Origin: Escherichia coli
GTDB taxonomy: Bacteria > Pseudomonadota > Gammaproteobacteria > Enterobacterales > Enterobacteriaceae
DNA: 64,000 nt
Reading direction: 5' to 3' (one strand)
NCBI RefSeq assembly: GCF_003334335.1
Contig: NZ_QOWQ01000022.1
Positions 13,864 through 26,077 of this stretch are shown piece by piece. Within the stretch, counting starts at the first letter, position 1; each line of letters starts with the position of its first letter. The translations under genes were made by a program, and so were the position numbers. Below the pieces are notes generated by a model, which worked only from the letters and a program-made list of their open reading frames with translations, made no database searches and had not been told where the DNA came from.

Positions 13864-13890
13864 GTTTTTTACTCAAACTTGAACGAGAGA

Positions 13891-13916
13891 AAAGCACCTG
13901 TCGGGTGCTTTTTTCA
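13891..13916 (+). terminator. intrinsic terminator after ihfB
   Basis: AGCACC-TGTC-GGGTGCT followed by TTTTTT. Confidence 0.7.
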
Positions 13917-14070
13917 TTTCTCTAATCTGGAACTGGAAGCTGCCTCGCAGAGTTTTGAACAGTTTTCACCCTTTCGTTAAATTCTTCTGAATATGCCTCG
14001 GGGAACGCAAAATTCCCACCAGACAACCGCTCAACAAAGTTGCACACTTTCCATAAACAGGGAGGGGTGC

Positions 14071-16335
14071 ATGAAAATAACGACAGTCGGTGTATGCATA
14101 ATTAGCGGAATTTTTCCGTTGCTGATTTTGCCCCAATTGCCTGGGACATTAACCCTTGCGTTTCTGACTCTCTTCGCCTGCGTACTGGCATTTATCCCTG
14201 TTAAAACCGTCCGTTATATCGCGCTGACGTTGCTGTTTTTCGTTTGGGGCATATTATCAGCAAAGCAAATTTTGTGGGCAGGAGAAACCTTAACTGGCGC
14301 GACGCAGGATGCAATTGTTGAGATCACTGCAACTGACGGCATGACCACTCATTACGGTCAAATTACTCATCTACAAGGTCGACGTATATTCCCTGCGTCA
14401 GGTCTCGTGATGTATGGCGAATATCTTCCGCAAGCGGTTTGTGCTGGACAACAATGGTCAATGAAACTCAAAGTTCGTGCAGTTCATGGCCAACTTAATG
14501 ATGGCGGCTTTGATAGCCAGCGTTATGCCATTGCCCAGCATCAGCCGCTCACCGGCCGTTTTCTGCAGGCAAGTGTCATTGAACCGAATTGTAGCCTGCG
14601 TGCACAGTATCTGGCGTCACTACAAACAACGCTGCAACCCTATCCGTGGAATGCGGTTATTCTTGGTTTAGGTATGGGGGAACGGTTATCCGTCCCCAAA
14701 GAAATCAAAAATATCATGCGCGATACTGGAACGGCGCATTTAATGGCGATATCGGGATTGCACATCGCTTTTGCGGCGTTGCTGGCTGCCGGACTCATTC
14801 GCAGTGGACAAATTTTTCTGCCTGGGCGCTGGATCCACTGGCAAATACCATTAATTGGCGGAATCTGCTGTGCTGCTTTTTATGCCTGGTTGACGGGAAT
14901 GCAACCTCCTGCATTGCGTACCATGGTGGCGCTTGCTACGTGGGGAATGCTTAAGTTAAGTGGGCGACAGTGGAGTGGCTGGGATGTATGGATATGTTGT
15001 CTGGCGGCAATTTTGCTGATGGATCCTGTTGCCATTCTCTCGCAAAGTTTATGGCTCTCTGCCGCTGCGGTCGCGGCATTGATATTTTGGTATCAGTGGT
15101 TTCCCTGTCCTGAGTGGCAACTGCCGCCGGTATTGCGTGCAGTTGTTTCCCTCATCCATCTGCAACTGGGAATCACACTTCTGCTTATGCCCGTGCAAAT
15201 CGTCATATTTCATGGCATTAGTCTGACCTCGTTTATTGCAAATCTATTAGCAATTCCCTTGGTGACATTTATCACGGTTCCGTTGATCCTCGCCGCGATG
15301 GTTGTGCATTTAAGCGGGCCGTTAATCCTGGAGCAAGGGTTATGGTTTCTTGCCGACCGGTCTTTGGCTTTACTTTTCTGGGGGTTAAAGAGTTTGCCGG
15401 AAGGGTGGATCAACATTGCTGAATGTTGGCAATGGCTATCATTTTCCCCATGGTTCTTACTGGTGGTATGGCGATTAAACGCCTGGCGAACGTTGCCAGC
15501 AATGTGTGTGGCTGGAGGCTTGCTGATGTGCTGGCCGCTGTGGCAAAAACCTCGACCTGACGAGTGGCAGCTGTACATGCTTGATGTCGGGCAAGGGCTG
15601 GCAATGGTGATAGCCAGAAACGGCAAAGCGATTCTCTATGACACAGGACTGGCCTGGCCTGAAGGGGATAGTGGGCAACAACTGATTATCCCCTGGCTCC
15701 ACTGGCATAATCTTGAACCGGAAGGCGTTATTCTGAGCCATGAACATCTAGATCACCGGGGAGGGCTGGATTCAATATTGCATATATGGCCGATGTTATG
15801 GATCAGAAGTCCGTTAAACTGGGAACATCATCAGCCCTGTGTGCGTGGCGAAGCGTGGCAATGGCAAGGATTGCGTTTCAGCGCGCACTGGCCTTTACAA
15901 GGTAGCAACGATAAAGGAAATAACCATTCCTGTGTGGTTAAGGTTGATGACGGGACGAATAGCATTCTTCTAACCGGTGATATTGAAGCCCCAGCTGAAC
16001 AAAAGATGCTAAGCCGTTACTGGCAGCAAGTGCAGGCAACATTGCTTCAGGTACCTCACCATGGCAGTAATACCTCATCATCGTTGCCATTAATTCAGCG
16101 AGTGAATGGAAAAGTGGCACTCGCATCGGCATCGCGCTATAACGCATGGCGACTGCCCTCTAACAAAGTTAAGCATCGCTATCAACTGCAAGGATATCAA
16201 TGGATTGATACTCCACATCAAGGTCAAACAACGGTCAATTTTTCAGCGCAAGGCTGGCGGATTAGCAGCCTCAGGGAGCAAATTTTACCTCGTTGGTATC
16301 ATCAGTGGTTTGGCGTGCCAGTGGATAACGGGTAG
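14071..16335 (+). CDS. ycaI: ComEC/Rec2-family membrane protein with C-terminal metallo-beta-lactamase domain, 754 aa
   Basis: ORF 13993..16335(+) trimmed to MKITTVGVCII; polytopic N-terminal part; HEHLDHRGG motif. Confidence 0.85.
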   Translation: MKITTVGVCIISGIFPLLILPQLPGTLTLAFLTLFACVLAFIPVKTVRYIALTLLFFVWGILSAKQILWAGETLTGATQDAIVEITATDGMTTHYGQITHLQGRRIFPASGLVMYGEYLPQAVCAGQQWSMKLKVRAVHGQLNDGGFDSQRYAIAQHQPLTGRFLQASVIEPNCSLRAQYLASLQTTLQPYPWNAVILGLGMGERLSVPKEIKNIMRDTGTAHLMAISGLHIAFAALLAAGLIRSGQIFLPGRWIHWQIPLIGGICCAAFYAWLTGMQPPALRTMVALATWGMLKLSGRQWSGWDVWICCLAAILLMDPVAILSQSLWLSAAAVAALIFWYQWFPCPEWQLPPVLRAVVSLIHLQLGITLLLMPVQIVIFHGISLTSFIANLLAIPLVTFITVPLILAAMVVHLSGPLILEQGLWFLADRSLALLFWGLKSLPEGWINIAECWQWLSFSPWFLLVVWRLNAWRTLPAMCVAGGLLMCWPLWQKPRPDEWQLYMLDVGQGLAMVIARNGKAILYDTGLAWPEGDSGQQLIIPWLHWHNLEPEGVILSHEHLDHRGGLDSILHIWPMLWIRSPLNWEHHQPCVRGEAWQWQGLRFSAHWPLQGSNDKGNNHSCVVKVDDGTNSILLTGDIEAPAEQKMLSRYWQQVQATLLQVPHHGSNTSSSLPLIQRVNGKVALASASRYNAWRLPSNKVKHRYQLQGYQWIDTPHQGQTTVNFSAQGWRISSLREQILPRWYHQWFGVPVDNG

Positions 16336-16371
16336 AATATGCGGCTATTTCAACAAATGCTGGTTTTTTGA

Positions 16372-18120
16372 ATGCATAACGACAAAGATCTCTCTACGTG
16401 GCAGACATTCCGCCGACTGTGGCCAACCATTGCGCCTTTCAAAGCGGGTCTGATCGTGGCGGGCGTAGCGTTAATCCTCAACGCAGCCAGCGATACCTTC
16501 ATGTTATCGCTCCTTAAGCCACTTCTTGATGATGGCTTTGGTAAAACAGATCGCTCCGTGCTGGTGTGGATGCCGCTGGTGGTGATCGGGCTGATGATTT
16601 TACGTGGTATCACCAGCTATGTCTCCAGCTACTGTATCTCCTGGGTATCAGGAAAGGTGGTAATGACCATGCGTCGCCGCCTGTTTGGTCACATGATGGG
16701 AATGCCAGTTTCATTCTTTGACAAACAGTCAACGGGTACGCTGTTGTCACGTATTACCTACGATTCCGAACAGGTTGCTTCTTCTTCTTCCGGCGCACTG
16801 ATTACTGTTGTGCGTGAAGGTGCGTCGATCATCGGCCTGTTCATCATGATGTTCTATTACAGTTGGCAACTGTCGATCATTTTGATTGTGCTGGCACCGA
16901 TTGTTTCGATTGCGATTCGCGTTGTATCGAAGCGTTTTCGCAACATCAGTAAAAACATGCAGAACACCATGGGGCAGGTGACCACCAGCGCAGAACAAAT
17001 GCTGAAGGGCCACAAAGAAGTATTGATTTTCGGTGGTCAGGAAGTGGAAACGAAACGCTTTGATAAAGTCAGCAACCGAATGCGTCTTCAGGGGATGAAA
17101 ATGGTTTCAGCCTCTTCCATCTCTGATCCGATCATTCAGCTGATCGCCTCTTTGGCGCTGGCGTTTGTTCTGTATGCGGCGAGCTTCCCAAGTGTCATGG
17201 ATAGCCTGACTGCCGGTACGATTACCGTTGTTTTCTCTTCAATGATTGCACTGATGCGTCCGCTGAAATCGCTGACCAACGTTAACGCCCAGTTCCAGCG
17301 CGGTATGGCGGCTTGTCAGACGCTGTTTACCATTCTGGACAGTGAGCAGGAGAAAGATGAAGGTAAGCGCGTGATCGAGCGTGCGACTGGCGACGTGGAA
17401 TTCCGCAATGTCACCTTTACTTATCCGGGACGTGACGTACCTGCATTGCGTAACATCAACCTGAAAATTCCGGCAGGGAAGACGGTTGCTCTGGTTGGAC
17501 GCTCTGGTTCGGGTAAATCAACCATCGCCAGCCTGATCACGCGTTTTTACGATATTGATGAAGGCGAAATCCTGATGGATGGTCACGATCTGCGCGAGTA
17601 TACCCTGGCGTCGTTACGTAACCAGGTTGCTCTGGTGTCGCAGAATGTCCATCTGTTTAACGATACGGTTGCTAACAACATTGCTTACGCACGGACTGAA
17701 CAGTACAGCCGTGAGCAAATTGAAGAAGCGGCGCGTATGGCCTACGCCATGGACTTCATCAATAAGATGGATAACGGTCTCGATACAGTGATTGGTGAAA
17801 ACGGCGTGCTGCTCTCTGGCGGTCAGCGTCAGCGTATTGCTATCGCTCGAGCCTTGTTGCGTGATAGCCCGATTCTGATTCTGGACGAAGCTACCTCGGC
17901 TCTGGATACCGAATCCGAACGTGCGATTCAGGCGGCACTGGATGAGTTGCAGAAAAACCGTACCTCTCTGGTGATTGCCCACCGCTTGTCTACCATTGAA
18001 AAGGCAGACGAAATCGTGGTCGTCGAGGATGGTGTCATTGTGGAACGCGGTACGCATAACGATTTGCTTGAGCACCGCGGCGTTTACGCGCAACTTCACA
18101 AAATGCAGTTTGGCCAATGA
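16372..18120 (+). CDS. msbA: lipid A flippase, ABC transporter, 582 aa
   Basis: ORF 16372..18120(+); Walker [10 protein letters not shown], signature LSGGQRQR. Confidence 0.97.
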   Translation: MHNDKDLSTWQTFRRLWPTIAPFKAGLIVAGVALILNAASDTFMLSLLKPLLDDGFGKTDRSVLVWMPLVVIGLMILRGITSYVSSYCISWVSGKVVMTMRRRLFGHMMGMPVSFFDKQSTGTLLSRITYDSEQVASSSSGALITVVREGASIIGLFIMMFYYSWQLSIILIVLAPIVSIAIRVVSKRFRNISKNMQNTMGQVTTSAEQMLKGHKEVLIFGGQEVETKRFDKVSNRMRLQGMKMVSASSISDPIIQLIASLALAFVLYAASFPSVMDSLTAGTITVVFSSMIALMRPLKSLTNVNAQFQRGMAACQTLFTILDSEQEKDEGKRVIERATGDVEFRNVTFTYPGRDVPALRNINLKIPAGKTVALVGRSGSGKSTIASLITRFYDIDEGEILMDGHDLREYTLASLRNQVALVSQNVHLFNDTVANNIAYARTEQYSREQIEEAARMAYAMDFINKMDNGLDTVIGENGVLLSGGQRQRIAIARALLRDSPILILDEATSALDTESERAIQAALDELQKNRTSLVIAHRLSTIEKADEIVVVEDGVIVERGTHNDLLEHRGVYAQLHKMQFGQ

Positions 18121-19103
18121 TCGAAAAAATCTGGTCTGGTGAATCCCCTTTGTGGCGGCTATTGCTGCCACTCTCCTGGTTGTATGGCCTGGTGAGTGGC
18201 GCGATCCGTCTTTGCTATAAACTAAAACTGAAGCGCGCCTGGCGTGCCCCCGTACCGGTTGTCGTGGTTGGTAATCTCACCGCAGGCGGCAACGGAAAAA
18301 CCCCGGTCGTTGTCTGGCTGGTGGAACAGTTGCAACAGCGCGGTATTCGCGTGGGGGTCGTATCGCGGGGATATGGTGGTAAGGCTGAATCTTATCCGCT
18401 GTTATTGTCGGCAGATACCACAACAGCACAGGCGGGTGATGAACCTGTGTTGATTTATCAACGCACTGATGCGCCTGTTGCGGTTTCTCCCGTTCGTTCT
18501 GATGCGGTAAAAGCCATTCTGGCGCAACACCCTGATGTGCAGATCATCGTAACCGACGACGGTTTACAGCATTACCGTCTGGCGCGTGATGTGGAAATTG
18601 TCGTTATTGATGGTGTGCGTCGCTTTGGCAATGGCTGGTGGTTGCCGGCGGGGCCAATGCGTGAGCGAGCGGGGCGCTTAAAGTCGGTTGATGCGGTAAT
18701 CGTCAACGGCGGTGTCCCTCGCAGCGGTGAAATCCCCATGCATCTGCTGCCGGGTCAGGCGGTGAATTTACGTACCGGTACGCGTTGTGACGTTGCTCAG
18801 CTTGAACATGTAGTGGCGATGGCGGGGATTGGGCATCCGCCGCGCTTTTTTGCCACGCTGAAGATGTGTGGCGTACAACCGGAAAAATGTGTACCGCTGG
18901 CCGATCATCAGTCTTTGAACCATGCGGATGTCAGTGCGTTGGTAAGCGCCGGGCAAACGCTGGTAATGACTGAAAAAGATGCGGTGAAATGCCGGGCCTT
19001 TGCAGAAGAAAATTGGTGGTATTTGCCTGTAGACGCACAGCTTTCAGGTGATGAACCAGCGAAACTGCTTACGCAACTAACCTTGCTGGCTTCTGGCAAC
19101 TAG
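18117..19103 (+). CDS. lpxK: tetraacyldisaccharide 4'-kinase, 328 aa
   Basis: ORF 18117..19103(+); 4-nt overlap with msbA stop; P-loop [11 protein letters not shown]. Confidence 0.95.
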   Translation: MIEKIWSGESPLWRLLLPLSWLYGLVSGAIRLCYKLKLKRAWRAPVPVVVVGNLTAGGNGKTPVVVWLVEQLQQRGIRVGVVSRGYGGKAESYPLLLSADTTTAQAGDEPVLIYQRTDAPVAVSPVRSDAVKAILAQHPDVQIIVTDDGLQHYRLARDVEIVVIDGVRRFGNGWWLPAGPMRERAGRLKSVDAVIVNGGVPRSGEIPMHLLPGQAVNLRTGTRCDVAQLEHVVAMAGIGHPPRFFATLKMCGVQPEKCVPLADHQSLNHADVSALVSAGQTLVMTEKDAVKCRAFAEENWWYLPVDAQLSGDEPAKLLTQLTLLASGN

Positions 19104-19139
19104 TTACGCCGCGGCAGCGTTCGATTGATGGAGTCATGA

Positions 19140-20372
19140 ATGTCGCTGCCGCACCTCTCCCTTGCTGATGCGCGTAATCTTCACCTTGCCGCACAAGGCC
19201 TGTTAAACAAACCCCGCCGTCGAGCGTCGTTGGAGGATATTCCGGCAACGATCTCCCGCATGTCCTTGCTGCAAATCGATACCATCAATATTGTTGCCCG
19301 TAGTCCATATCTGGTGCTTTTCAGTCGTCTGGGAAATTATCCTGCCCAGTGGCTGGATGAGTCTCTGGCGCGTGGCGAATTAATGGAATACTGGGCGCAT
19401 GAAGCCTGCTTTATGCCGCGTAGCGACTTTCGTCTTATTCGCCACCGCATGCTGGCACCTGAAAAAATGGGCTGGAAATACAAAGACGCCTGGATGCAGG
19501 AACATGAGGCGGAAATTGCACAGTTAATTCAGCATATTCATGATAAGGGGCCGGTACGTTCAGCCGATTTTGAGCATCCTCGTAAAGGTGCAAGCGGCTG
19601 GTGGGAATGGAAGCCGCATAAACGGCATCTGGAAGGTTTATTTACTGCCGGAAAGGTGATGGTGATTGAACGGCGCAACTTCCAGCGCGTTTATGATTTA
19701 ACCCACCGTGTCATGCCTGACTGGGATGATGAGCGCGATCTCGTTTCGCAAACAGAAGCAGAAATCATCATGCTGGATAACAGTGCGCGTAGCCTGGGAA
19801 TATTCCGCGAACAGTGGCTGGCAGATTACTATCGGCTGAAACGTCCGGCACTGGCGGCGTGGCGCGAAGCGAGGGCTGAACAGCAGCAAATCATTGCTGT
19901 GCATGTTGAAAAATTGGGCAATCTTTGGCTGCATGATGATTTGCTGCCGCTACTCGAGCGAGCGCTGGCCGGAAAGCTCACTGCAACGCACAGCGCGGTA
20001 CTTTCGCCTTTTGATCCTGTTGTCTGGGATCGCAAACGCGCAGAGCAGCTTTTTGATTTTAGCTACCGGCTGGAGTGCTATACCCCAGCGCCGAAACGCC
20101 AGTATGGCTATTTTGTTCTGCCGTTATTACATCGTGGGCAATTAGTTGGGCGAATGGATGCCAAAATGCATCGCCAGACAGGCATCCTTGAAGTTATCTC
20201 TCTGTGGTTACAGGAAGGTATTAAACCAACGACAACGCTGCAAAAAGGGCTACGTCAGGCGATTACTGATTTCGCTAACTGGCAGCAGGCAACGCGGGTG
20301 ACATTAGGATGCTGCCCGCAAGGCCTCTTTACTGATTGCCGCACCGGCTGGGAAATAGACCCCGTCGTATAA
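19140..20372 (+). CDS. ycaQ: winged-helix DNA glycosylase family protein (YcaQ/AlkZ-like), 410 aa
   Basis: ORF 19140..20372(+); position between lpxK and ycaR. Confidence 0.88.
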   Translation: MSLPHLSLADARNLHLAAQGLLNKPRRRASLEDIPATISRMSLLQIDTINIVARSPYLVLFSRLGNYPAQWLDESLARGELMEYWAHEACFMPRSDFRLIRHRMLAPEKMGWKYKDAWMQEHEAEIAQLIQHIHDKGPVRSADFEHPRKGASGWWEWKPHKRHLEGLFTAGKVMVIERRNFQRVYDLTHRVMPDWDDERDLVSQTEAEIIMLDNSARSLGIFREQWLADYYRLKRPALAAWREARAEQQQIIAVHVEKLGNLWLHDDLLPLLERALAGKLTATHSAVLSPFDPVVWDRKRAEQLFDFSYRLECYTPAPKRQYGYFVLPLLHRGQLVGRMDAKMHRQTGILEVISLWLQEGIKPTTTLQKGLRQAITDFANWQQATRVTLGCCPQGLFTDCRTGWEIDPVV

Positions 20373-20423
20373 ATGATTATGATAAGATTTATGCATTCAT
20401 AACCCGATCCATCTGGAGGAACT

Positions 20424-21349
<926 letters not shown>

Positions 21350-21502
21350 TTTCACTTCACGACACTTCAGCCAATTTTGGGAGGAGTGTCGTACCGTTAC
21401 GATTTTCCTCAATTTTTCTTTTCAACAATTGATCTCATTCAGGTGACATCTTTTATATTGGCGCTCATTATGAAAGCAGTAGCTTTTATGAGGGTAATCT
21501 GA

Positions 21503-22396
21503 ATGGAACAGCTGCGTGCCGAATTAAGCCATTTACTGGGCGAAAAACTCAGTCGTATTGAGTGCGTCAATGAAAAAGCGGATACGGCGTTGTGGGCTTT
21601 GTATGACAGCCAGGGAAACCCAATGCCGTTAATGGCAAGAAGCTTTAGTACGCCCGGAAAAGCCCGACAACTGGCATGGAAAACCACCATGCTGGCAAGA
21701 AGTGGGACTGTCCGTATGCCGACTATTTATGGTGTGATGACGCATGAAGAACACCCCGGCCCCGATGTCCTGCTACTGGAGCGGATGCGTGGTGTTTCGG
21801 TGGAGGCACCAGCCCGAACACCAGAACGCTGGGAACAACTCAAAGACCAAATCGTTGAAGCCTTACTGGCCTGGCACCGTCAGGACAGTCGCGGTTGCGT
21901 CGGCGCGGTCGACAATACTCAGGAAAATTTCTGGCCCTCATGGTACCGGCAACATGTTGAAGTGCTATGGACCACGCTCAATCAGTTCAATAACACCGGT
22001 CTGACGATGCAGGATAAGCGGATCCTGTTTCGCACTCGCGAATGTCTCCCGGCATTATTTGAAGGCTTTAACGACAATTGTGTGCTGATTCACGGTAACT
22101 TCTGTTTACGCAGCATGTTGAAAGATTCGCGCAGCGATCAGTTACTGGCGATGGTCGGGCCGGGACTAATGCTTTGGGCACCGCGAGAATACGAACTGTT
22201 CCGACTAATGGATAATTCTCTGGCGGAAGATTTGCTCTGGAGTTACCTGCAACGCGCGCCAGTGGCGGAGTCGTTCATCTGGCGGCGTTGGTTGTATGTG
22301 TTATGGGATGAAGTTGCGCAACTGGTTAATACCGGACGATTTAGTCGGCGCAACTTCGATCTGGCATCAAAATCACTCTTGCCGTGGCTCGCCTGA
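21503..22396 (+). CDS. ycbJ: uncharacterised kinase-like protein, 297 aa
   Basis: ORF 21503..22396(+); synteny kdsB-ycbJ-elyC. Confidence 0.8.
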   Translation: MEQLRAELSHLLGEKLSRIECVNEKADTALWALYDSQGNPMPLMARSFSTPGKARQLAWKTTMLARSGTVRMPTIYGVMTHEEHPGPDVLLLERMRGVSVEAPARTPERWEQLKDQIVEALLAWHRQDSRGCVGAVDNTQENFWPSWYRQHVEVLWTTLNQFNNTGLTMQDKRILFRTRECLPALFEGFNDNCVLIHGNFCLRSMLKDSRSDQLLAMVGPGLMLWAPREYELFRLMDNSLAEDLLWSYLQRAPVAESFIWRRWLYVLWDEVAQLVNTGRFSRRNFDLASKSLLPWLA

Positions 22397-23152
22397 CGAA
22401 CCTTTTAGCCACTGCCAGATACGGCCAAGCGTTTCATAGCCAACACGATCGCTATGCATCAACCAGACCGGAGAAGGGATTGCCCGTTCCCACGGGTTAA
22501 GCGGCGAGTCGATGGCCAACTGATTCGCCGGGGCTGGTAGCGGATTTAACCCTTCCTGCTGAAAAAAGATCATCGCCCGCGGCAGATGTGATGCGGAGGT
22601 CACCAGCAGGAAAGGGGCGTCACCAATCGCCTGTTTCACTGCTGCAGCTTCTTCTTCGGTATCTTTTGGCAAATCCAGGGTGATAATTTGCTCGCGCGGC
22701 ACGCCCAGCGATTGCGCAACTCTGGCACCTACTTCCGCTGTACTCACCGTATTGGTTTTTGCTACGCCTCCCGTGAAGATCAGTTTTGATCCCGGATTTT
22801 CGCGCCATAAGCGAATACCTTCATTCAGGCGTGGCAGACTGTTATTGATTAAATTAGAGCTCGGTGCCCACTGCGGGTTCCAGGTATAACCACCTCCGAG
22901 CACCACGATATAGTCCACTTTTTGCGAATTATTCCATGTCGGATAGGTGCTTTCGATGGGACGCAGCAGGCGGTCGGCTACCGGTTGCAAACTCAATAAC
23001 AAGAGCGCCAGCCACCCAATGCTAATAAAAATCTTCCCGGTTTTTTGAAAACGGCTAAACCACAGCAGCGCCAGGCCAGCGCCAATAATCAACAACATCA
23101 GCGGAAGTGGCAGCAACATATTGCCAATCACTTTTTTCAGTGTAAAAAGCAT
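22373..23152 (-). CDS. elyC: envelope biogenesis factor, DUF218 domain, 259 aa
   Basis: ORF 22373..23152(-); N-terminal TM helix; convergent overlap with ycbJ 3' end. Confidence 0.88.
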   Translation of the reverse strand: MLFTLKKVIGNMLLPLPLMLLIIGAGLALLWFSRFQKTGKIFISIGWLALLLLSLQPVADRLLRPIESTYPTWNNSQKVDYIVVLGGGYTWNPQWAPSSNLINNSLPRLNEGIRLWRENPGSKLIFTGGVAKTNTVSTAEVGARVAQSLGVPREQIITLDLPKDTEEEAAAVKQAIGDAPFLLVTSASHLPRAMIFFQQEGLNPLPAPANQLAIDSPLNPWERAIPSPVWLMHSDRVGYETLGRIWQWLKGSSGEPRQE

Positions 23153-23287
23153 CCTTTCTGGTTCCTTTTTTAACCATATAGCAAGGGATCGCCAGCGATA
23201 TTACACCAGACGGGTTCATTCTCGCCGTGGCTGTGACAAAATAGCGTCTTTATCAGAAAACGTCTTAGCCAACCGGTGGAGAAAGCA

Positions 23288-24073
23288 ATGCAGGATCGCA
23301 ATTTTGATGATATTGCGGAAAAGTTTTCCCGTAACATTTACGGCACCACCAAAGGGCAGCTTCGACAGGCTATTCTGTGGCAGGATCTCGATCGCGTGCT
23401 GGCGGAAATGGGCCCGCAAAAACTGCGTGTGCTGGATGCTGGCGGTGGAGAAGGGCAGACCGCAATCAAAATGGCCGAGCGTGGGCATCAGGTCATTTTA
23501 TGCGATCTTTCTGCGCAGATGATCGACCGCGCAAAACAGGCGGCAGAAGCAAAAGGTGTGAGCGACAACATGCAATTTATACATTGCGCCGCTCAGGATG
23601 TTGCTTCGCATTTGGAAACGCCCGTTGATCTGATATTGTTCCATGCGGTGCTCGAGTGGGTGGCTGATCCCCGCAGCGTATTGCAGACCCTGTGGTCAGT
23701 GTTGCGTCCAGGCGGCGTGTTGTCGTTAATGTTCTACAATGCGCATGGTTTGTTGATGCATAACATGGTCGCCGGGAATTTTGATTACGTGCAGGCGGGA
23801 ATGCCGAAAAAGAAAAAACGGACGCTTTCGCCAGATTATCCACGCGACCCGGCGCAGGTTTATCTGTGGCTGGAAGAAGCTGGTTGGCAAATTATGGGTA
23901 AGACAGGCGTTCGCGTGTTTCATGATTATCTGCGCGAGAAACACCAGCAGCGCGACTGCTATGAAGCATTACTTGAATTAGAAACGCGTTATTGCCGTCA
24001 GGAACCGTATATTACCCTGGGGCGTTATATTCATGTCACCGCGCGCAAACCGCAGAGCAAGGATAAAGTATGA
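23288..24073 (+). CDS. cmoM: SAM-dependent tRNA methyltransferase (former smtA), 261 aa
   Basis: ORF 23276..24073(+) trimmed to [16 protein letters not shown] motif LDAGGGEG; stop overlaps mukF start. Confidence 0.88.
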
Positions 24074-25392
24074 GTGAATTTTCCCAGACAGTCCCCGAAC
24101 TGGTTGCCTGGGCCAGAAAAAATGACTTCTCCATCTCGCTGCCGGTAGACCGACTCTCTTTTCTGCTGGCGGTTGCCACGCTGAACGGCGAGCGTCTGGA
24201 TGGTGAGATGAGTGAAGGCGAGCTGGTGGATGCATTCCGCCATGTGAGTGATGCGTTTGAGCAAACCAGCGAAACCATCGGCGTGCGCGCCAATAACGCG
24301 ATCAACGACATGGTGCGTCAACGTCTGCTGAACCGCTTTACCAGCGAGCAGGCGGAAGGGAACGCAATTTACCGTCTGACGCCGCTCGGCATCGGCATTA
24401 CTGACTACTACATCCGTCAGCGCGAGTTTTCTACGCTGCGTCTTTCTATGCAGTTGTCGATTGTGGCGGGTGAGCTCAAACGCGCAGCAGATGCCGCCGA
24501 AGAGGGCGGTGATGAATTTCACTGGCACCGTAATGTCTATGCGCCACTGAAATATTCGGTAGCAGAAATTTTCGACAGTATCGACCTGACGCAACGTCTG
24601 ATGGACGAACAGCAGCAGCAGGTGAAGGACGATATCGCCCAGTTGCTGAACAAAGACTGGCGGGCGGCGATTTCCAGCTGTGAATTGTTGCTTTCGGAAA
24701 CTTCCGGAACGCTGCGTGAATTGCAGGATACGCTGGAAGCGGCAGGCGACAAATTGCAGGCTAATCTGTTGCGCATTCAGGATGCGACGATGACCCATGA
24801 CGATCTGCATTTCGTCGATCGTCTGGTGTTCGATCTGCAGAGCAAACTCGATCGTATTATCAGTTGGGGCCAGCAATCCATCGACTTGTGGATTGGCTAC
24901 GACCGCCACGTACACAAATTTATTCGTACCGCGATCGATATGGATAAAAACCGCGTCTTTGCTCAGCGGTTACGTCAGTCGGTACAAACCTATTTTGATG
25001 AGCCGTGGGCGCTAACTTATGCCAATGCCGATCGTCTGCTGGATATGCGTGACGAAGAGATGGCACTGCGCGATGAAGAAGTGACTGGGGAACTTCCTGA
25101 GGATCTGGAATACGAAGAGTTTAACGAGATCCGCGAACAGCTGGCGGCGATCATCGAAGAACAACTTGCCGTGTACAAAACCAGACAAGTGCCGCTGGAT
25201 CTTGGTCTGGTGGTACGCGAATATCTGTCACAGTATCCGCGTGCACGTCACTTTGACGTTGCGCGTATTGTTATTGATCAGGCGGTACGTCTTGGCGTAG
25301 CGCAAGCAGATTTCACCGGACTGCCAGCGAAATGGCAGCCGATTAATGATTACGGAGCCAAGGTACAGGCGCATGTCATCGACAAATATTGA
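24070..25392 (+). CDS. mukF: condensin kleisin subunit MukF, 440 aa
   Basis: ORF 24070..25392(+); [20 protein letters not shown]. Confidence 0.96.
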
Positions 25393-26077
25393 ACAAGTGA
25401 TGCCGGTTAAGCTGGCGCAGGCGCTGGCGAATCCGTTATTTCCGGCGCTGGACAGCGCCTTACGTTCAGGACGCCATATTGGCCTCGACGAACTGGATAA
25501 TCATGCATTCCTGATGGATTTTCAGGAATATCTGGAAGAGTTTTACGCGCGTTATAACGTTGAGCTTATTCGCGCACCAGAAGGGTTCTTCTATTTACGC
25601 CCACGTTCCACCACGCTGATCCCTCGTTCCGTCTTGTCGGAACTGGATATGATGGTCGGGAAAATCCTCTGTTATCTCTATCTCAGCCCGGAACGGCTGG
25701 CGAATGAGGGGATTTTCACCCAGCAGGAACTGTACGACGAACTGCTCACCCTGGCCGATGAAGCAAAACTGCTGAAACTGGTGAACAACCGTTCAACCGG
25801 TTCAGACGTTGACCGTCAGAAGTTGCAGGAGAAAGTACGTTCTTCGCTCAACCGTCTGCGTCGTTTAGGCATGGTGTGGTTTATGGGCCACGACAGCAGC
25901 AAGTTTCGCATTACCGAATCGGTGTTCCGCTTCGGAGCCGATGTGCGTGCTGGCGACGATCCCCGTGAAGCACAGCGTCGCCTGATTCGTGATGGCGAAG
26001 CAATGCCGATTGAAAATCATCTGCAACTCAACGATGAAACCGAAGAGAATCAGCCAGATAGCGGAGAGGAAGAATAA
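25373..26077 (+). CDS. mukE: condensin subunit MukE, about 234 aa
   Basis: ORF 25346..26077(+) trimmed to [14 protein letters not shown]; overlaps mukF 3' end; stop shares 1 nt with mukB ATG. Confidence 0.85.

Noticed and set aside
24031-24915. 294-aa minus-strand ORF overlapping mukF, and similar ORFs antisense to mukB (26101..26928, 29932..30486)
   Set aside because: All lie opposite well-supported condensin genes and lack start signals; spurious.
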